A stretch of 64,000 nt of DNA, from NCBI GenBank assembly GCA_041641295.1, contig JBEPYO010000001.1, positions 1,408,001 through 1,472,000 on the forward strand. The letters run 5' to 3'. A program made the position numbers and the translations under genes. Shown here piece after piece: positions 10,033 through 19,757 of the stretch. How positions within the stretch are numbered: position 1 is the first letter of the stretch; the number at the start of each line of letters is the position of its first letter. The notes under the pieces are model-generated. The model ran no database searches and had not been told where the DNA came from. It worked only from the letters and a program-made list of their open reading frames with translations. Source of the DNA: Nitrososphaerota archaeon (GTDB lineage Archaea; Thermoproteota; Nitrososphaeria_A; Caldarchaeales; Calditenuaceae).

Positions 10033-11943
10033 ATGATTATCTACCAGCTCCTCACGCTTACCCTATGGGCCTCTAGTATAGCCATGCTAATTTATCTGAT
10101 TAACTATCTATACTTAGCAGGTGTTGCCCTCTTCAAGAATTATACCCCATCGAAGGCCACAGTGACAGAATGGCCACCTGTCTCAATCCACATTCCAATC
10201 TATAATGAGAGGTATGTGGCGGAGAGGTTGATAGAAGCAGTGATCAGGCTCGATTACCCCCCAGACAAACTCCAAGTTATCATAATAGACGACTCTAATG
10301 ACGATACATCAGACATAATAGCGAGGACATTGCAACGACACAACTCTTCCCCCGTAGAGATCTTGCATGTAAAAAGGGAGGGGCGAATCGGGTTTAAGGC
10401 TGGAGCACTACAAGAAGCTCTAAAACGAACAAAGGGAGAGTATGTGGCGATCTTTGATGCTGATTTTTTACCGGCTCCAGATTTTCTGAAGAATGTCTTA
10501 CCATATTTGCTAAGCGATGAGAGGATAGGATGTGTGCAGGTTCGATGGGAGCATCTAAACCGAGACCATTCTTTCTTAACATTAGGGCAAGCTATCAATC
10601 TCGACCTACATTTTGAAGTGGAGCAGAGAGCTAGGTCGTCAGCCGGTCTTTTTCTCAATTTCAACGGGACGGCCGGTGTCTGGCGTAGAAAATGCCTGGA
10701 AGACATTGAGGGTTGGCGGGCATATCTTGCTGAGGATCTGGAGGCGAGCATTAGGGCGCAGCTCAAGGGATGGAAGTTAATCTATATACCGGATGTGTCC
10801 TGTCCTGGGGAGATCCCACCCCAAATGGAGGCCGTCAAGAGGCAGCAGCACAGGTGGGCATATGGTGCAATTGAGGTGGCGAAAGATTATTTGGCTCCCA
10901 TTCTAAAGTCAGGGATTCCTGCGCGGGTCAAGGTACAGGCTTTTTTTCACTTTACCAGACATATCCCACAGCTGATGTCCTTGATGGTCCTATCAGTCAT
11001 ACCCCTAGCTATACTATTGTCCATATATTCACCTCCCCGAAACGCGGTATTGTCGCTTACGTGGACACTATTCACTGCAGGCATACTAGTATCTACCGCA
11101 GGATTCAGTAGCATAAGATATCTCCCAAGCCTAATCGTATTCACAACATCGATGATTGTAAATAATTCGATAGCTGTTATTGAAGCATTAATAGGTAGAA
11201 AGAGAGGCTTTGCTAGGACTCCGAAGTTTGGAGAGGGTGATTGGCGTAATAAGCGTTATGTATTACCACTCGATACCCAGTCTTATTTCGAGCTTTCATT
11301 TGGAGTTCTATTGGTGGCCACGGCGCTTTTCGCTATCCTGAGAGGCCTCATAGGATATATGCCCTTTCTCCTAATAGCTGGATGCTCACTAATCTATGCA
11401 GGCTGGTTATCAATAAGACATGCTCCAAAAGATAAGCGTCAACCAGCCAAGAGGCCCCAAGCATTGAAGCTCTTAATCATAGCGGTGGTGGCTCTCACGC
11501 TAGTAGGAATCGTATACGGGTATTCCCAGACTTACTATAGGCTTGACGTTGCGAGTGCATATGTGTTTCGTGGTGCGTCTACTGGAGACGCGAGAGAAAT
11601 TGTAAGTTATATCGAAGAGTCGCTTAAAATTCTACCCGAGTCAGGAAACCCAGTATGGCTATTTCCAACTCCAAGGACTGACTTCGCCCTGATACGCCGG
11701 GACTTAAACACGTTGAGGGAACTCGCAATACGTCTATCTGGGATGGATGCGGGGACTCCTGAGTACCAGCAGGGAATTGATCAGATCAAGGACAGCCTGC
11801 GTACAATTTATGAACAGATACTGGAGGCTGCCCCCTTCTACTTCATAAGCCCTATCTCACTCCTCCTAACTATACTTTGGCTTGCAGCATTTATCTACTT
11901 GATTAGGCTCTATGGAAGGGCGCGTAGGGGAGTGGAGGGGTAG
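10033..11943 (+). CDS. Processive GT2 glycosyltransferase (cellulose synthase-like) with an extra C-terminal TM/extracellular domain
   Basis: IPIYNE, DDSND, KAGAL, FDAD, AED and QQHRW (QxxRW) motifs; multiple TM helices. Confidence 0.92.
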   Translation: MIIYQLLTLTLWASSIAMLIYLINYLYLAGVALFKNYTPSKATVTEWPPVSIHIPIYNERYVAERLIEAVIRLDYPPDKLQVIIIDDSNDDTSDIIARTLQRHNSSPVEILHVKREGRIGFKAGALQEALKRTKGEYVAIFDADFLPAPDFLKNVLPYLLSDERIGCVQVRWEHLNRDHSFLTLGQAINLDLHFEVEQRARSSAGLFLNFNGTAGVWRRKCLEDIEGWRAYLAEDLEASIRAQLKGWKLIYIPDVSCPGEIPPQMEAVKRQQHRWAYGAIEVAKDYLAPILKSGIPARVKVQAFFHFTRHIPQLMSLMVLSVIPLAILLSIYSPPRNAVLSLTWTLFTAGILVSTAGFSSIRYLPSLIVFTTSMIVNNSIAVIEALIGRKRGFARTPKFGEGDWRNKRYVLPLDTQSYFELSFGVLLVATALFAILRGLIGYMPFLLIAGCSLIYAGWLSIRHAPKDKRQPAKRPQALKLLIIAVVALTLVGIVYGYSQTYYRLDVASAYVFRGASTGDAREIVSYIEESLKILPESGNPVWLFPTPRTDFALIRRDLNTLRELAIRLSGMDAGTPEYQQGIDQIKDSLRTIYEQILEAAPFYFISPISLLLTILWLAAFIYLIRLYGRARRGVEG

Positions 11944-12017
11944 GGTGGGATCATACTGGGAACAGTTAGAAGGGTAGTCCGACGATGTATATGTCTCCAA
12001 GAGGATAAAAAGGCGAA

Positions 12018-12629
12018 TTGGCATACAATCTAGATTCTACTAAATTTTGGGCGATATATGGGCTATACCTCTTCAGCTCTATAGTGCTTTTCAGCTGGTA
12101 TGACTTCGTGGCGATATCCTCTCTGGGTAGAGTGTCGAGGGATACTGCTGGAAATATCGTCTTCATTCATGATGGCTCGCCAATTTATCCCTTCACAGTC
12201 GTCGCAGCCATCCTAGGTATCTTAGGCACTGCATACTATGTGTGGAGAGCGGTTGGTGGTGTTAAGGGTATGGTGTTGGGGCTTTTAGTAGGTAGAGCTG
12301 CAACTTTAGCAGTTTTCGAGATATACGAGTTTATGTTTACAGGGTTGGGCGAGACCTTTTACGGATGGGCGTCTTGGACCGCTATTTATTCGCAAACGAT
12401 TCCGTGGTTTCTGTTGAAGGCAAGCTATCTGGGCGTCCTAACACCTTGGACAAGGCGCAAAAACATCAGAATCGCTTCAACAATATTACTATGTTCGATA
12501 ATAGCGTTTCTCATATGGGTGATTTTAGGCTACAGGCTACCGGACTCAGGCGACCCCATATCATATGGCCTGAACGCGATTACAAGAATGTTATTCGCTA
12601 TGCTTCCAGTCGCGATTGTCAGGCGGTAA
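12018..12629 (+). CDS. Hypothetical multi-pass membrane protein
   Basis: 203 aa with about 6 hydrophobic segments, downstream of the GT2 gene; start uncertain. Confidence 0.6.
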   Translation: MAYNLDSTKFWAIYGLYLFSSIVLFSWYDFVAISSLGRVSRDTAGNIVFIHDGSPIYPFTVVAAILGILGTAYYVWRAVGGVKGMVLGLLVGRAATLAVFEIYEFMFTGLGETFYGWASWTAIYSQTIPWFLLKASYLGVLTPWTRRKNIRIASTILLCSIIAFLIWVILGYRLPDSGDPISYGLNAITRMLFAMLPVAIVRR

Positions 12630-13475
12630 ATGCGAAATTGTATTGTCCGAACTTTCAGTATAGAGCTCTCTGCTGACAGTTATCTTGTAGCTGATGTTTT
12701 TGCTTTCTTCTGGCATGAAGATATCCACCCCAGCCCAGTCAAGTCTAGGGGGTAAAACTTCCCGCCCAACGTAGACCTCATACCCCGGGGGCAGCTCCAC
12801 AGTTATCGCAGCGGGAAGGAAGCTAGAAATCAGTGTGACTCTGTTAGAATGGCACCTCGCCCAAGGCGGAGGAACTATCATCCTACCATGTATAACCATT
12901 CTGTCGAATATCCTACCGGAAAACTCATTCGCAACTATTATCCCACATGAACCCTCTACGCGGGTAAGACTTACAAGAATATAGTCGTCTAGGAATCGAT
13001 ATCTAACCTCCACAGACCCTATGCTATCTACCCTACGATAGCGTGTTTTAACAAGTTGTCCACGCAGAATCATTAAGAGTCTGAACAGCTTCGATAAGTT
13101 CGAGCCAGCTAGGTAGTGTGGCGCTAGGTAGTCGCGTAAAGTTCGATGAAGCATAGTCACGTCTAGGGGGCCAATGTATTTCTTTGATACACCGTTTAGT
13201 TGAAATAATCTTGAGAGCGTGTCTCCGGATGCATTGTCTGTGCAGTGGAGGGGAAAATATGTCACTCCCCCCTTCCTCGCAACGAGCCCTCCTATTCCAA
13301 CCCCCTCGCCCACCAGATCGAGGCTCCCTAGCCTCAGTCCTAGGCCCCGCCAAATCCCTGAAATCTCCATTTCATCTCCACCTCTTGGAAGCATGTAAGC
13401 GTAGATATTGCCGCCAAGATGAATCGACCGCTCCCCCATCATCATTTTCTGTGGCATAATTGAGTAATAATTCAA
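12591..13475 (-). CDS. Hypothetical protein (beta-rich), divergent from the radical SAM gene
   Basis: 294-aa ORF filling the interval; true start probably one of the ATGs near 13440. Confidence 0.6.
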   Translation of the reverse strand: MNYYSIMPQKMMMGERSIHLGGNIYAYMLPRGGDEMEISGIWRGLGLRLGSLDLVGEGVGIGGLVARKGGVTYFPLHCTDNASGDTLSRLFQLNGVSKKYIGPLDVTMLHRTLRDYLAPHYLAGSNLSKLFRLLMILRGQLVKTRYRRVDSIGSVEVRYRFLDDYILVSLTRVEGSCGIIVANEFSGRIFDRMVIHGRMIVPPPWARCHSNRVTLISSFLPAAITVELPPGYEVYVGREVLPPRLDWAGVDIFMPEESKNISYKITVSRELYTESSDNTISHLPPDNRDWKHSE

Positions 13476-13508
13476 GTATTATAAGCTAATTGCGATCCCA
13501 GCGTATCA

Positions 13509-14876
13509 ATGGGAGTAGATCTGCTACTTATCTTTCCATATTTTTACGATGGCCGGTCTAGGCACTGGCAGTTTCCCCCTCTTGGTATAGGCTATATCGC
13601 GGCTTATGCCAAAACGCTTGGCTACAGGGTGGAGATTCTAGACTGCACTTTTCTGTCTCAGGATGAGGCGGTGAGGAGGATAGAATCCGCCAAGCCTAGG
13701 GTGGCGGGGATCTATAGCATGCTTTCAATGGTAAATCAGGCTAAGCAGCTTGCCAAAGTGTGTAGAGAGTCCGCCGAAGTTGTTATCGCAGGCGGTCCCA
13801 TGCCCTCAGCATACCCCGAGATTTTTCTCGACGATTTTGACATAGTTGTCCAAGGTGAAGGAGAGTTAAGTGTCTCTGAGATCTTGGAGAAGCTTGATGG
13901 GAGAGGCGAATCCAACCTAGGAAATGTGAAGGGGCTGTGGTTAAATGGTAGATTCAACGGGGGCAAAAAGTCGTTTACAGGTCCGAGACAGTTGATCAAC
14001 AACCTAGATATCCTTCCATTCCCCGCGCGTGAACTCTATGACAATGAAAAATACAAAGCCCACTATAGGAGAAACTACAAATACACAATGACGTCAATGA
14101 TCGCAAGTAGGGGCTGCCCCTTCAGCTGCGACTTTTGCTGGAGGCCGGATTACGGCAGGGTGTATAGACATAGGTCTCCAGCGAATATAGCCGAGGAGAT
14201 GGAAGAGATACGATACAAGTGGAGATACGATAGAATATGGTTTGCTGATGAGATCTTCATAGTAGATAAAAAACATGTCATGCGTTTATGTGATGAGATA
14301 GTTGGACGCGGAATCGACATTGAATGGGAGTGCCTCTCTAGAGTAGACCTATTCGATTCTGAGTTAGCTAGGAAGTTGAGAAAGGCTGGGTGCTATAAGG
14401 TAATATTCGGTTTAGAATCAGGTGACGATTACGTTCTCAACAAATTGATGAATAAGAGGATTAAGGTTTCACAGTCGGTGTCTGCAGTTAAAGCTGCGAA
14501 GGGTGCGGGAATTAAAGTGGGGGCTTTCTTCATACTGGGTTATCCAGGAGAAAACAATGAAACTATGTTAAAAACAATAAAGCTTGCCTCGTCTCTACCA
14601 CTCGACTATTTCAGCATGACTATACCATATCCTCTCCCCGGAACAGGTCTATATGACAGGGTCAAGGATAAGATGGATACATTCGAGTGGGAGAAACCCA
14701 TTCATGGTTGGGATCACAAGCTACTGTTTAAACACGAGTTTTCACTTATGAAGCTCAAGTACGGTATATGGAAGGCGCGATTTCACTGGAGGATGCGGAG
14801 GAAACTAGGCCCACTATACTGGCTATTCAAGCCTTACGAGTTCTATACAGATTGGAGGTTTAAGTCGATGAAATAA
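13509..14876 (+). CDS. B12-binding radical SAM protein (BchE/class B-like)
   Basis: PPLGIGYIAA and GGPMPS B12 domain; SRGCPFSCDFC (CxxxCxxC); FGLESG; GYPGE. Confidence 0.92.
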   Translation: MGVDLLLIFPYFYDGRSRHWQFPPLGIGYIAAYAKTLGYRVEILDCTFLSQDEAVRRIESAKPRVAGIYSMLSMVNQAKQLAKVCRESAEVVIAGGPMPSAYPEIFLDDFDIVVQGEGELSVSEILEKLDGRGESNLGNVKGLWLNGRFNGGKKSFTGPRQLINNLDILPFPARELYDNEKYKAHYRRNYKYTMTSMIASRGCPFSCDFCWRPDYGRVYRHRSPANIAEEMEEIRYKWRYDRIWFADEIFIVDKKHVMRLCDEIVGRGIDIEWECLSRVDLFDSELARKLRKAGCYKVIFGLESGDDYVLNKLMNKRIKVSQSVSAVKAAKGAGIKVGAFFILGYPGENNETMLKTIKLASSLPLDYFSMTIPYPLPGTGLYDRVKDKMDTFEWEKPIHGWDHKLLFKHEFSLMKLKYGIWKARFHWRMRRKLGPLYWLFKPYEFYTDWRFKSMK

Positions 14877-15564
14877 CTAGTTTATTCCCAAGCCTAGCAT
14901 ATTCTAGAGAGGCCGCTATGAGAGCTATGTTCTGTGGAAGAGCCAGTGGGTAGCTCGCAACTACTGCGAAAAGGGTGAGTAACACTGCTGAGGTTATCCC
15001 TGTAATCCTATTCAGCTTCCCGGAGATAATCATCACGGCCAAACCTAACTCGACAGCGAAGATGAGAAAAACAGTGGTGTCTAGTCCAAAGAGGGAAGAG
15101 AAGACGAGGGCTGGAATATTCCCAGAAATGTATTGCTTAAAGTGTGCTGGATTTCTGTAGGCATCCAGGCCCCACTCTAGAAACGGGTAGGCTATACCAC
15201 CCCTAAAAAGTAGTCCCATCATCCCAGCGAGCCACGATTTTTCCCATGAGAGGCGGGACACTCTCTGAATAGATACGAGTGTGACAAATGCTGCCAGAGC
15301 CGCTATCCCAACCGTCTGGGGCTCTGCTATGGGTTCAAACGGCTTCACCATATAGGCATAGTAAGTTGTAGTAGCACACATTGCTAGTCCCGCCCAACGC
15401 GTTGCCCCAGGGGGATAAAGGAGTGCTATGCCTATGGACAAGTGTATGACAAGCATTATGACTGGATGTGGGAGTGTAGGGTTGGCAGTCAGGCGCGGAT
15501 CGAGGAGAAACGCAAGCCCCCACAACAGACTAGTAGCTGAAAGACCTAGGACTGTTAGCCTCAA
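14860..15564 (-). CDS. Membrane protein with a DoxX-like C-terminal half
   Basis: Many TM segments; FRGGIAYPFLEWG and ELGLA.MIISG..R pattern. Confidence 0.55.
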   Translation of the reverse strand: MRLTVLGLSATSLLWGLAFLLDPRLTANPTLPHPVIMLVIHLSIGIALLYPPGATRWAGLAMCATTTYYAYMVKPFEPIAEPQTVGIAALAAFVTLVSIQRVSRLSWEKSWLAGMMGLLFRGGIAYPFLEWGLDAYRNPAHFKQYISGNIPALVFSSLFGLDTTVFLIFAVELGLAVMIISGKLNRITGITSAVLLTLFAVVASYPLALPQNIALIAASLEYARLGNKLVISST

Positions 15565-16723
15565 CCCGCATTACACCGTATACTTCACGGATATAATAAA
15601 AGTAAAAAGCAGTAGACGCGGCAAAGCGAGCCAAGAGCCTGTACCCGTCGAATAACCAAGTGGCGTTATACAGGTCAACTGTAACATTGGGCCACACTGG
15701 ATATAGGAGCTGGGGAATAGAGAAGTTGAGTATGGAGTATGCCAAAAGTGTAAGCCATAACACTCGACCTGCAGGCTTCCCGGTGGCTAGGTGTAGCATA
15801 ACGAATAGCATGATGATGTTTTGCTCAGAGACGTGAGGCCGGCCGAGTATGAAGAGGGACGAATATGCGAGGGAGAGGCTCCAGAGCCTGTCCTCATGTA
15901 GGGGTGCCTTGATTAAGAGGAGTATTGATGCGGCAGAAAAAACTATGAGCCAAACAATGCCTAATGGGATTGTATCGAGCCTATAGCCACCGTAACTCCA
16001 TCCATAGAAGTATTCTAAGATGTTGAGTGGAGACACTCCTCCGACCTGTCGCAGCCAGCTGGTAGCACCTCCCAGCGGCGTATCTAGACTCCATCCCATC
16101 AATAGGAAGGGGGCTAGGAAGATGGAGAGTGAGAGTAAAACGGTTAGCAACAGGTAGAGTATGCCTCTCTTAGGGCCGAGTGATGCCGCAACTACTGGTA
16201 CAAGCCCGAGGGCCAGCGGCTTTATGTTCAGCGAGATAGAGAAAAGGATCGCGGATATAGCAGGCCTTACCCTGCTGAATAGGGCTAAAAGAGCGATCAC
16301 TGTAGCCAGAGAGTCAGGCTTCCCCCATAAAACGCTAATGGCAACTATTAACGGATTTGTAAGATAGAAAAAGGGGTTTCCCAATCCTCTCTTCAGCAAG
16401 AGTAAGGAGAGAAAGACATTAGCCAATATTACCGGAACTTTCATGAAGATATTAAAAACGAATATGTCTCCGCCGGACGCGTAGTGGACCGCTCCGAGAA
16501 ATAGCGGCCATATAGGGGTCTCTCCTATCCCTTGCACATGAGATGGATATGATGGATTGTGGAAAATTCCACCATCATAAGGGCTTTTCCCCTCAGCCAC
16601 GTTTTTGCCGGCCACGTACGCGACTAAAAGGTCATAGCCATGAGATGTGAAGGGAAAGGCTAAAACCTGTAATATTAGCGCCGCAAACAATGTGACGCGA
16701 TTGTCAGCGGTTATTCGCCGCAT
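15530..16723 (-). CDS. GT-C fold membrane glycosyltransferase (PIG-M/DUF2029-like)
   Basis: HGYD, G.SPY, K.P.ILA, NPL...S..WG..D and IKP motifs; about 10 TM segments. Confidence 0.72.
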   Translation of the reverse strand: MRRITADNRVTLFAALILQVLAFPFTSHGYDLLVAYVAGKNVAEGKSPYDGGIFHNPSYPSHVQGIGETPIWPLFLGAVHYASGGDIFVFNIFMKVPVILANVFLSLLLLKRGLGNPFFYLTNPLIVAISVLWGKPDSLATVIALLALFSRVRPAISAILFSISLNIKPLALGLVPVVAASLGPKRGILYLLLTVLLSLSIFLAPFLLMGWSLDTPLGGATSWLRQVGGVSPLNILEYFYGWSYGGYRLDTIPLGIVWLIVFSAASILLLIKAPLHEDRLWSLSLAYSSLFILGRPHVSEQNIIMLFVMLHLATGKPAGRVLWLTLLAYSILNFSIPQLLYPVWPNVTVDLYNATWLFDGYRLLARFAASTAFYFYYIREVYGVMRVEANSPRSFSY

Positions 16724-16895
16724 GTAAACCAGCTGTACAACACTTCTATCTCAAAAATAATACTTTAATACAATGACACCTATGTGGAGATACTTCAGCC
16801 CTATTATAGCTCGTCAGTATTCCCGCAGTGCCAAGTTCGATGGGGGGTTCGAAGGTTGGAATTGTGTTGAACAGCAATTCTTATAGCCTATTCAT

Positions 16896-17363
16896 ATGCG
16901 TGTTCTTGTAAGCTTGAGGCGCTTGGAGGTTATTGTTCTAACATTTTTGCTCATCTCTGCTATACTTGGTGGACTTATACTTGCCTTTGACGGGCTGTTA
17001 TGGCTGGATAACCCGAAAACAGGGCATGCATATGGCTTAATAGGGTTTGTCGTTCTTGATGTAGTTTTTATTGCTTCTATAGCTTTGCTGCCTAGGAGGC
17101 AGCGCTTATACCTAGCCTTATCTATCTGGGGGGCCCTCAAAATAATATTTCTAATCCTGAACCCGCTGACGGGGCCACAAATCGGCATAACCCCTTCAGA
17201 GTTTGCCGCGTACCTTTTCGGCCTAACCCCCATCACTGGCCCAAGTTGCCCCTTCGAATGCCCGCCATTCAGATTCACATATCTACTTCTTCTACTGGTC
17301 CATATCCCAATAGTATACAGCTCTGTAAGGCTCAGAAAAACAGCAACACCTAGAGAGGAGTAA
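16896..17363 (+). CDS. Hypothetical 4-TM membrane protein
   Basis: 155 aa with four hydrophobic segments and a CPFEC loop. Confidence 0.6.
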   Translation: MRVLVSLRRLEVIVLTFLLISAILGGLILAFDGLLWLDNPKTGHAYGLIGFVVLDVVFIASIALLPRRQRLYLALSIWGALKIIFLILNPLTGPQIGITPSEFAAYLFGLTPITGPSCPFECPPFRFTYLLLLLVHIPIVYSSVRLRKTATPREE

Positions 17364-17462
17364 ACAGTTAATATTGACCTGCGATCCCCCTCGCCCAGAG
17401 AAGGCTAATCTAAGTGCGACAAACTTATGAGTGGCTTGATTCTGTAGGAGAAAAGTGGGGCT

Positions 17463-17537
17463 GCGGCCGTGGTCTAGCCTGGACTAGGACGTGGGCTTTC
17501 CGAGCCCAATACCCGGGTTCAAATCCCGGCGGCCGCA
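17463..17537 (+). tRNA. tRNA-Gly(TCC)
   Basis: GCGGCCG/CGGCCGC acceptor stem, TGGGC-TT-TCC-GA-GCCCA anticodon arm, GGTTCAAATCC. Confidence 0.95.
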
Positions 17538-18331
17538 CTTCCTGTCCTTCTCTTCGCGACGAACATGCATAACTCTGACCCACTTGCTACACATTCAACT
17601 TCAATGACATCCCATTCTCCACCAGTTATCTCTGATATGTAGCCTGCCAAGAATCCACGTATGAGCTGCGATGCTGGTTCAAATATTCTTTCTTTGAGTA
17701 ATTGGCATTCGATGAGTTCTTTAACCTTGATTTTGTAAGTACCTTCGTCTGTTTGCTCAATATCAATGTGGCCGCACCAGCCGAGAGAGATGAGTGGTAT
17801 GATCTCGATAGGCTCTGTCTTTCCCATCTCTACGAAGATTTTTTTAATGTATCGAGCATCTGAAGCTCCCATTGGTTGGCCTAGATGGTATAGGAGAGCC
17901 TCTGCTGAGGATTTACCAAGCTTTGCATATATGTCGTGTAGTAGTCCCCTGAGCTCGCTGTCAGTTAATATAACAGCCCTAAGGTCGTATACTCCTAGCT
18001 GGTCATAGAATGGCGCGATTGATGTATGTGGCGGATATTGCTTATGCATTCTGATCCTCTTCACACCCTTCTTCTTCGCAATCAGTTTTATGAAGAAGTT
18101 TAGCTGATCCTCAGTGTATCCATTTACATCGATGAATATTAGCACATGTAACGTTTGGTCAATATTCATCGCTATGTTAGAGACAATTCCGAGGACTTTT
18201 AGATCTGCCGCGGAGATTACATTAAGTGCTGAAGTAAGTGCGCCTGGTGTATTCTTAAGCTCAAGGAAGAGGCTCCTTAACTCCGTATCGGGAATCGATG
18301 CGATGAAAGGTAAAACGAACCTACGTACCAT
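17519..18331 (-). CDS. ACT + V4R domain protein (small-ligand-binding regulator)
   Basis: N-terminal L.N.PGAL..AL ACT pattern; C-terminal RGFLAG...EVECVASGSELCMF V4R motif. Confidence 0.85.
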   Translation of the reverse strand: MVRRFVLPFIASIPDTELRSLFLELKNTPGALTSALNVISAADLKVLGIVSNIAMNIDQTLHVLIFIDVNGYTEDQLNFFIKLIAKKKGVKRIRMHKQYPPHTSIAPFYDQLGVYDLRAVILTDSELRGLLHDIYAKLGKSSAEALLYHLGQPMGASDARYIKKIFVEMGKTEPIEIIPLISLGWCGHIDIEQTDEGTYKIKVKELIECQLLKERIFEPASQLIRGFLAGYISEITGGEWDVIEVECVASGSELCMFVAKRRTGSAAAGI

Positions 18332-18661
18332 GTGTATATATACTCAATGGATCTATTAAGTATTGATCAACACTTAGACTGTATTTAAATGAAAGTAAGT
18401 TTTGATTAATTTGGCACGGTGATAGTGCTGTCAGCTCCTTCGATAGGAATATCGTCCACCTTAGCTGACAGGCTAGCAGAGGATAGACAGGAAGACTGGT
18501 CTTGTAGAGAACATGAAGATAAAGGAGGCTGCGGGAACAGTTCTTCACCATATATACCTCGGTGCTCTAAATAAGACTGTCTGGGGGAAGTTTACGTATT
18601 TTTTAAAGCTTATAAGCGCCGATCAGAAGCAATGAGGTGTAAAGATGTTGGTGGATGATTT

Positions 18662-18994
18662 TTGAGTAAGAGATACTTCAGGAGGGATGAGATTGTAGGT
18701 AAAGACATTATATCGGATTCCGCCGTAAGGCTTGGAAAAGTTAAGGACATTGGTTATGATCCGGAGGGGAAAATCGTTCTGATATATGATAAGACGGGTG
18801 AAGGGGGTGAAGAGGCAATACCCTCATCCCAAATAATAGCTATGGGGGATGTGATTCTCGTCAAGTCAGCCACATTAGAAAAGATTCCAACTCCAGCCAG
18901 CTCACCGTCATTGAAGATTTGCCCCAAATGTGGAAAGGAGAATGCGCCAGACATGCTATACTGTACTAGTTGCGGCTCGAGGCTGGGAGGGTGA
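18662..18994 (+). CDS. PRC-barrel protein with a C-terminal zinc ribbon
   Basis: IVGK.I......LGKVKDI..D and IP...I.A.GDVILVK PRC pattern; CPKC-x10-CTSCG. Confidence 0.85.
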   Translation: MSKRYFRRDEIVGKDIISDSAVRLGKVKDIGYDPEGKIVLIYDKTGEGGEEAIPSSQIIAMGDVILVKSATLEKIPTPASSPSLKICPKCGKENAPDMLYCTSCGSRLGG

Positions 18995-18998
18995 GGGT

Positions 18999-19757
18999 AT
19001 GAGAATTGAGGAAAATTTAGGGGATGCATACAACTACACTGTCAAGCTATTCAAAGATATTGGAAGACTCGTAATCCTCATAGTCTTGAACATAATACCG
19101 ATAGTGAACTTCATTGTGATTGGATACTTCGCAAGGGTAATCAGAGAGTCGCCGAGAAGTGAAGCCCCACCGCCTCTCGAGAAGTATGGTGACCTCTGGA
19201 TTGAGGGTGCAAAAATTTTCGTCGTCTCACTGGTCTACATGATAGTACCTATTGTCTTGGTCTCTGTGGGTGCAGCTTCGGCGATAGTTGCTGGTGCGCT
19301 TTTTCCTTTCGGAGGCCTCGGAATCGTTGGTAGTGCACTAGTAGTGTTAGGGTTGGTTCTGATATTCTTAATAATGATAATAGCGTTGATGGCGATTGTA
19401 AATATGGTCAAGAGGGGGAGGCTGGGTGCAGCATTTGATTTCGATCAAATATTATCAAAAATTAGGGCAGTTGGTTGGGCAAGATACATTCTTTGGATAG
19501 TCGTAATATTCGTGATAGGGCTGGTGCTTGCTGGTCTTTCTGCTATCCCATTCATCGGCTGGCTCATATCCCTCGTAATTTCGCCCGTCTTCTTGGTCTT
19601 CATAGGTAGGTCAGCTGCAAACATATACGAGTCAGCCACAACCGCTACTCCAGCTCCAGCTGGAGTTACTCCCGTGGGCCTTTTCTGTGGCTACTGCGGA
19701 AACCCGCTTCAGCCCGGCGACAAGTTCTGCGGCAAGTGTGGAAGGCCGGTAAAATAG
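18999..19757 (+). CDS. DUF4013-like membrane protein with a C-terminal zinc ribbon
   Basis: IIPIVNF..GY..RVIR, P....G.L...G.K and AAFDF; CGYC-x10-CGKCG; ATG 18999 follows the PRC gene. Confidence 0.8.
   Translation: MRIEENLGDAYNYTVKLFKDIGRLVILIVLNIIPIVNFIVIGYFARVIRESPRSEAPPPLEKYGDLWIEGAKIFVVSLVYMIVPIVLVSVGAASAIVAGALFPFGGLGIVGSALVVLGLVLIFLIMIIALMAIVNMVKRGRLGAAFDFDQILSKIRAVGWARYILWIVVIFVIGLVLAGLSAIPFIGWLISLVISPVFLVFIGRSAANIYESATTATPAPAGVTPVGLFCGYCGNPLQPGDKFCGKCGRPVK

Noticed and set aside
18428-18474. H/ACA guide RNA interpretation of the hairpin
   Set aside because: An ACA is present, but the upper stem is too short and lacks the K-turn/K-loop expected in archaeal H/ACA RNAs.
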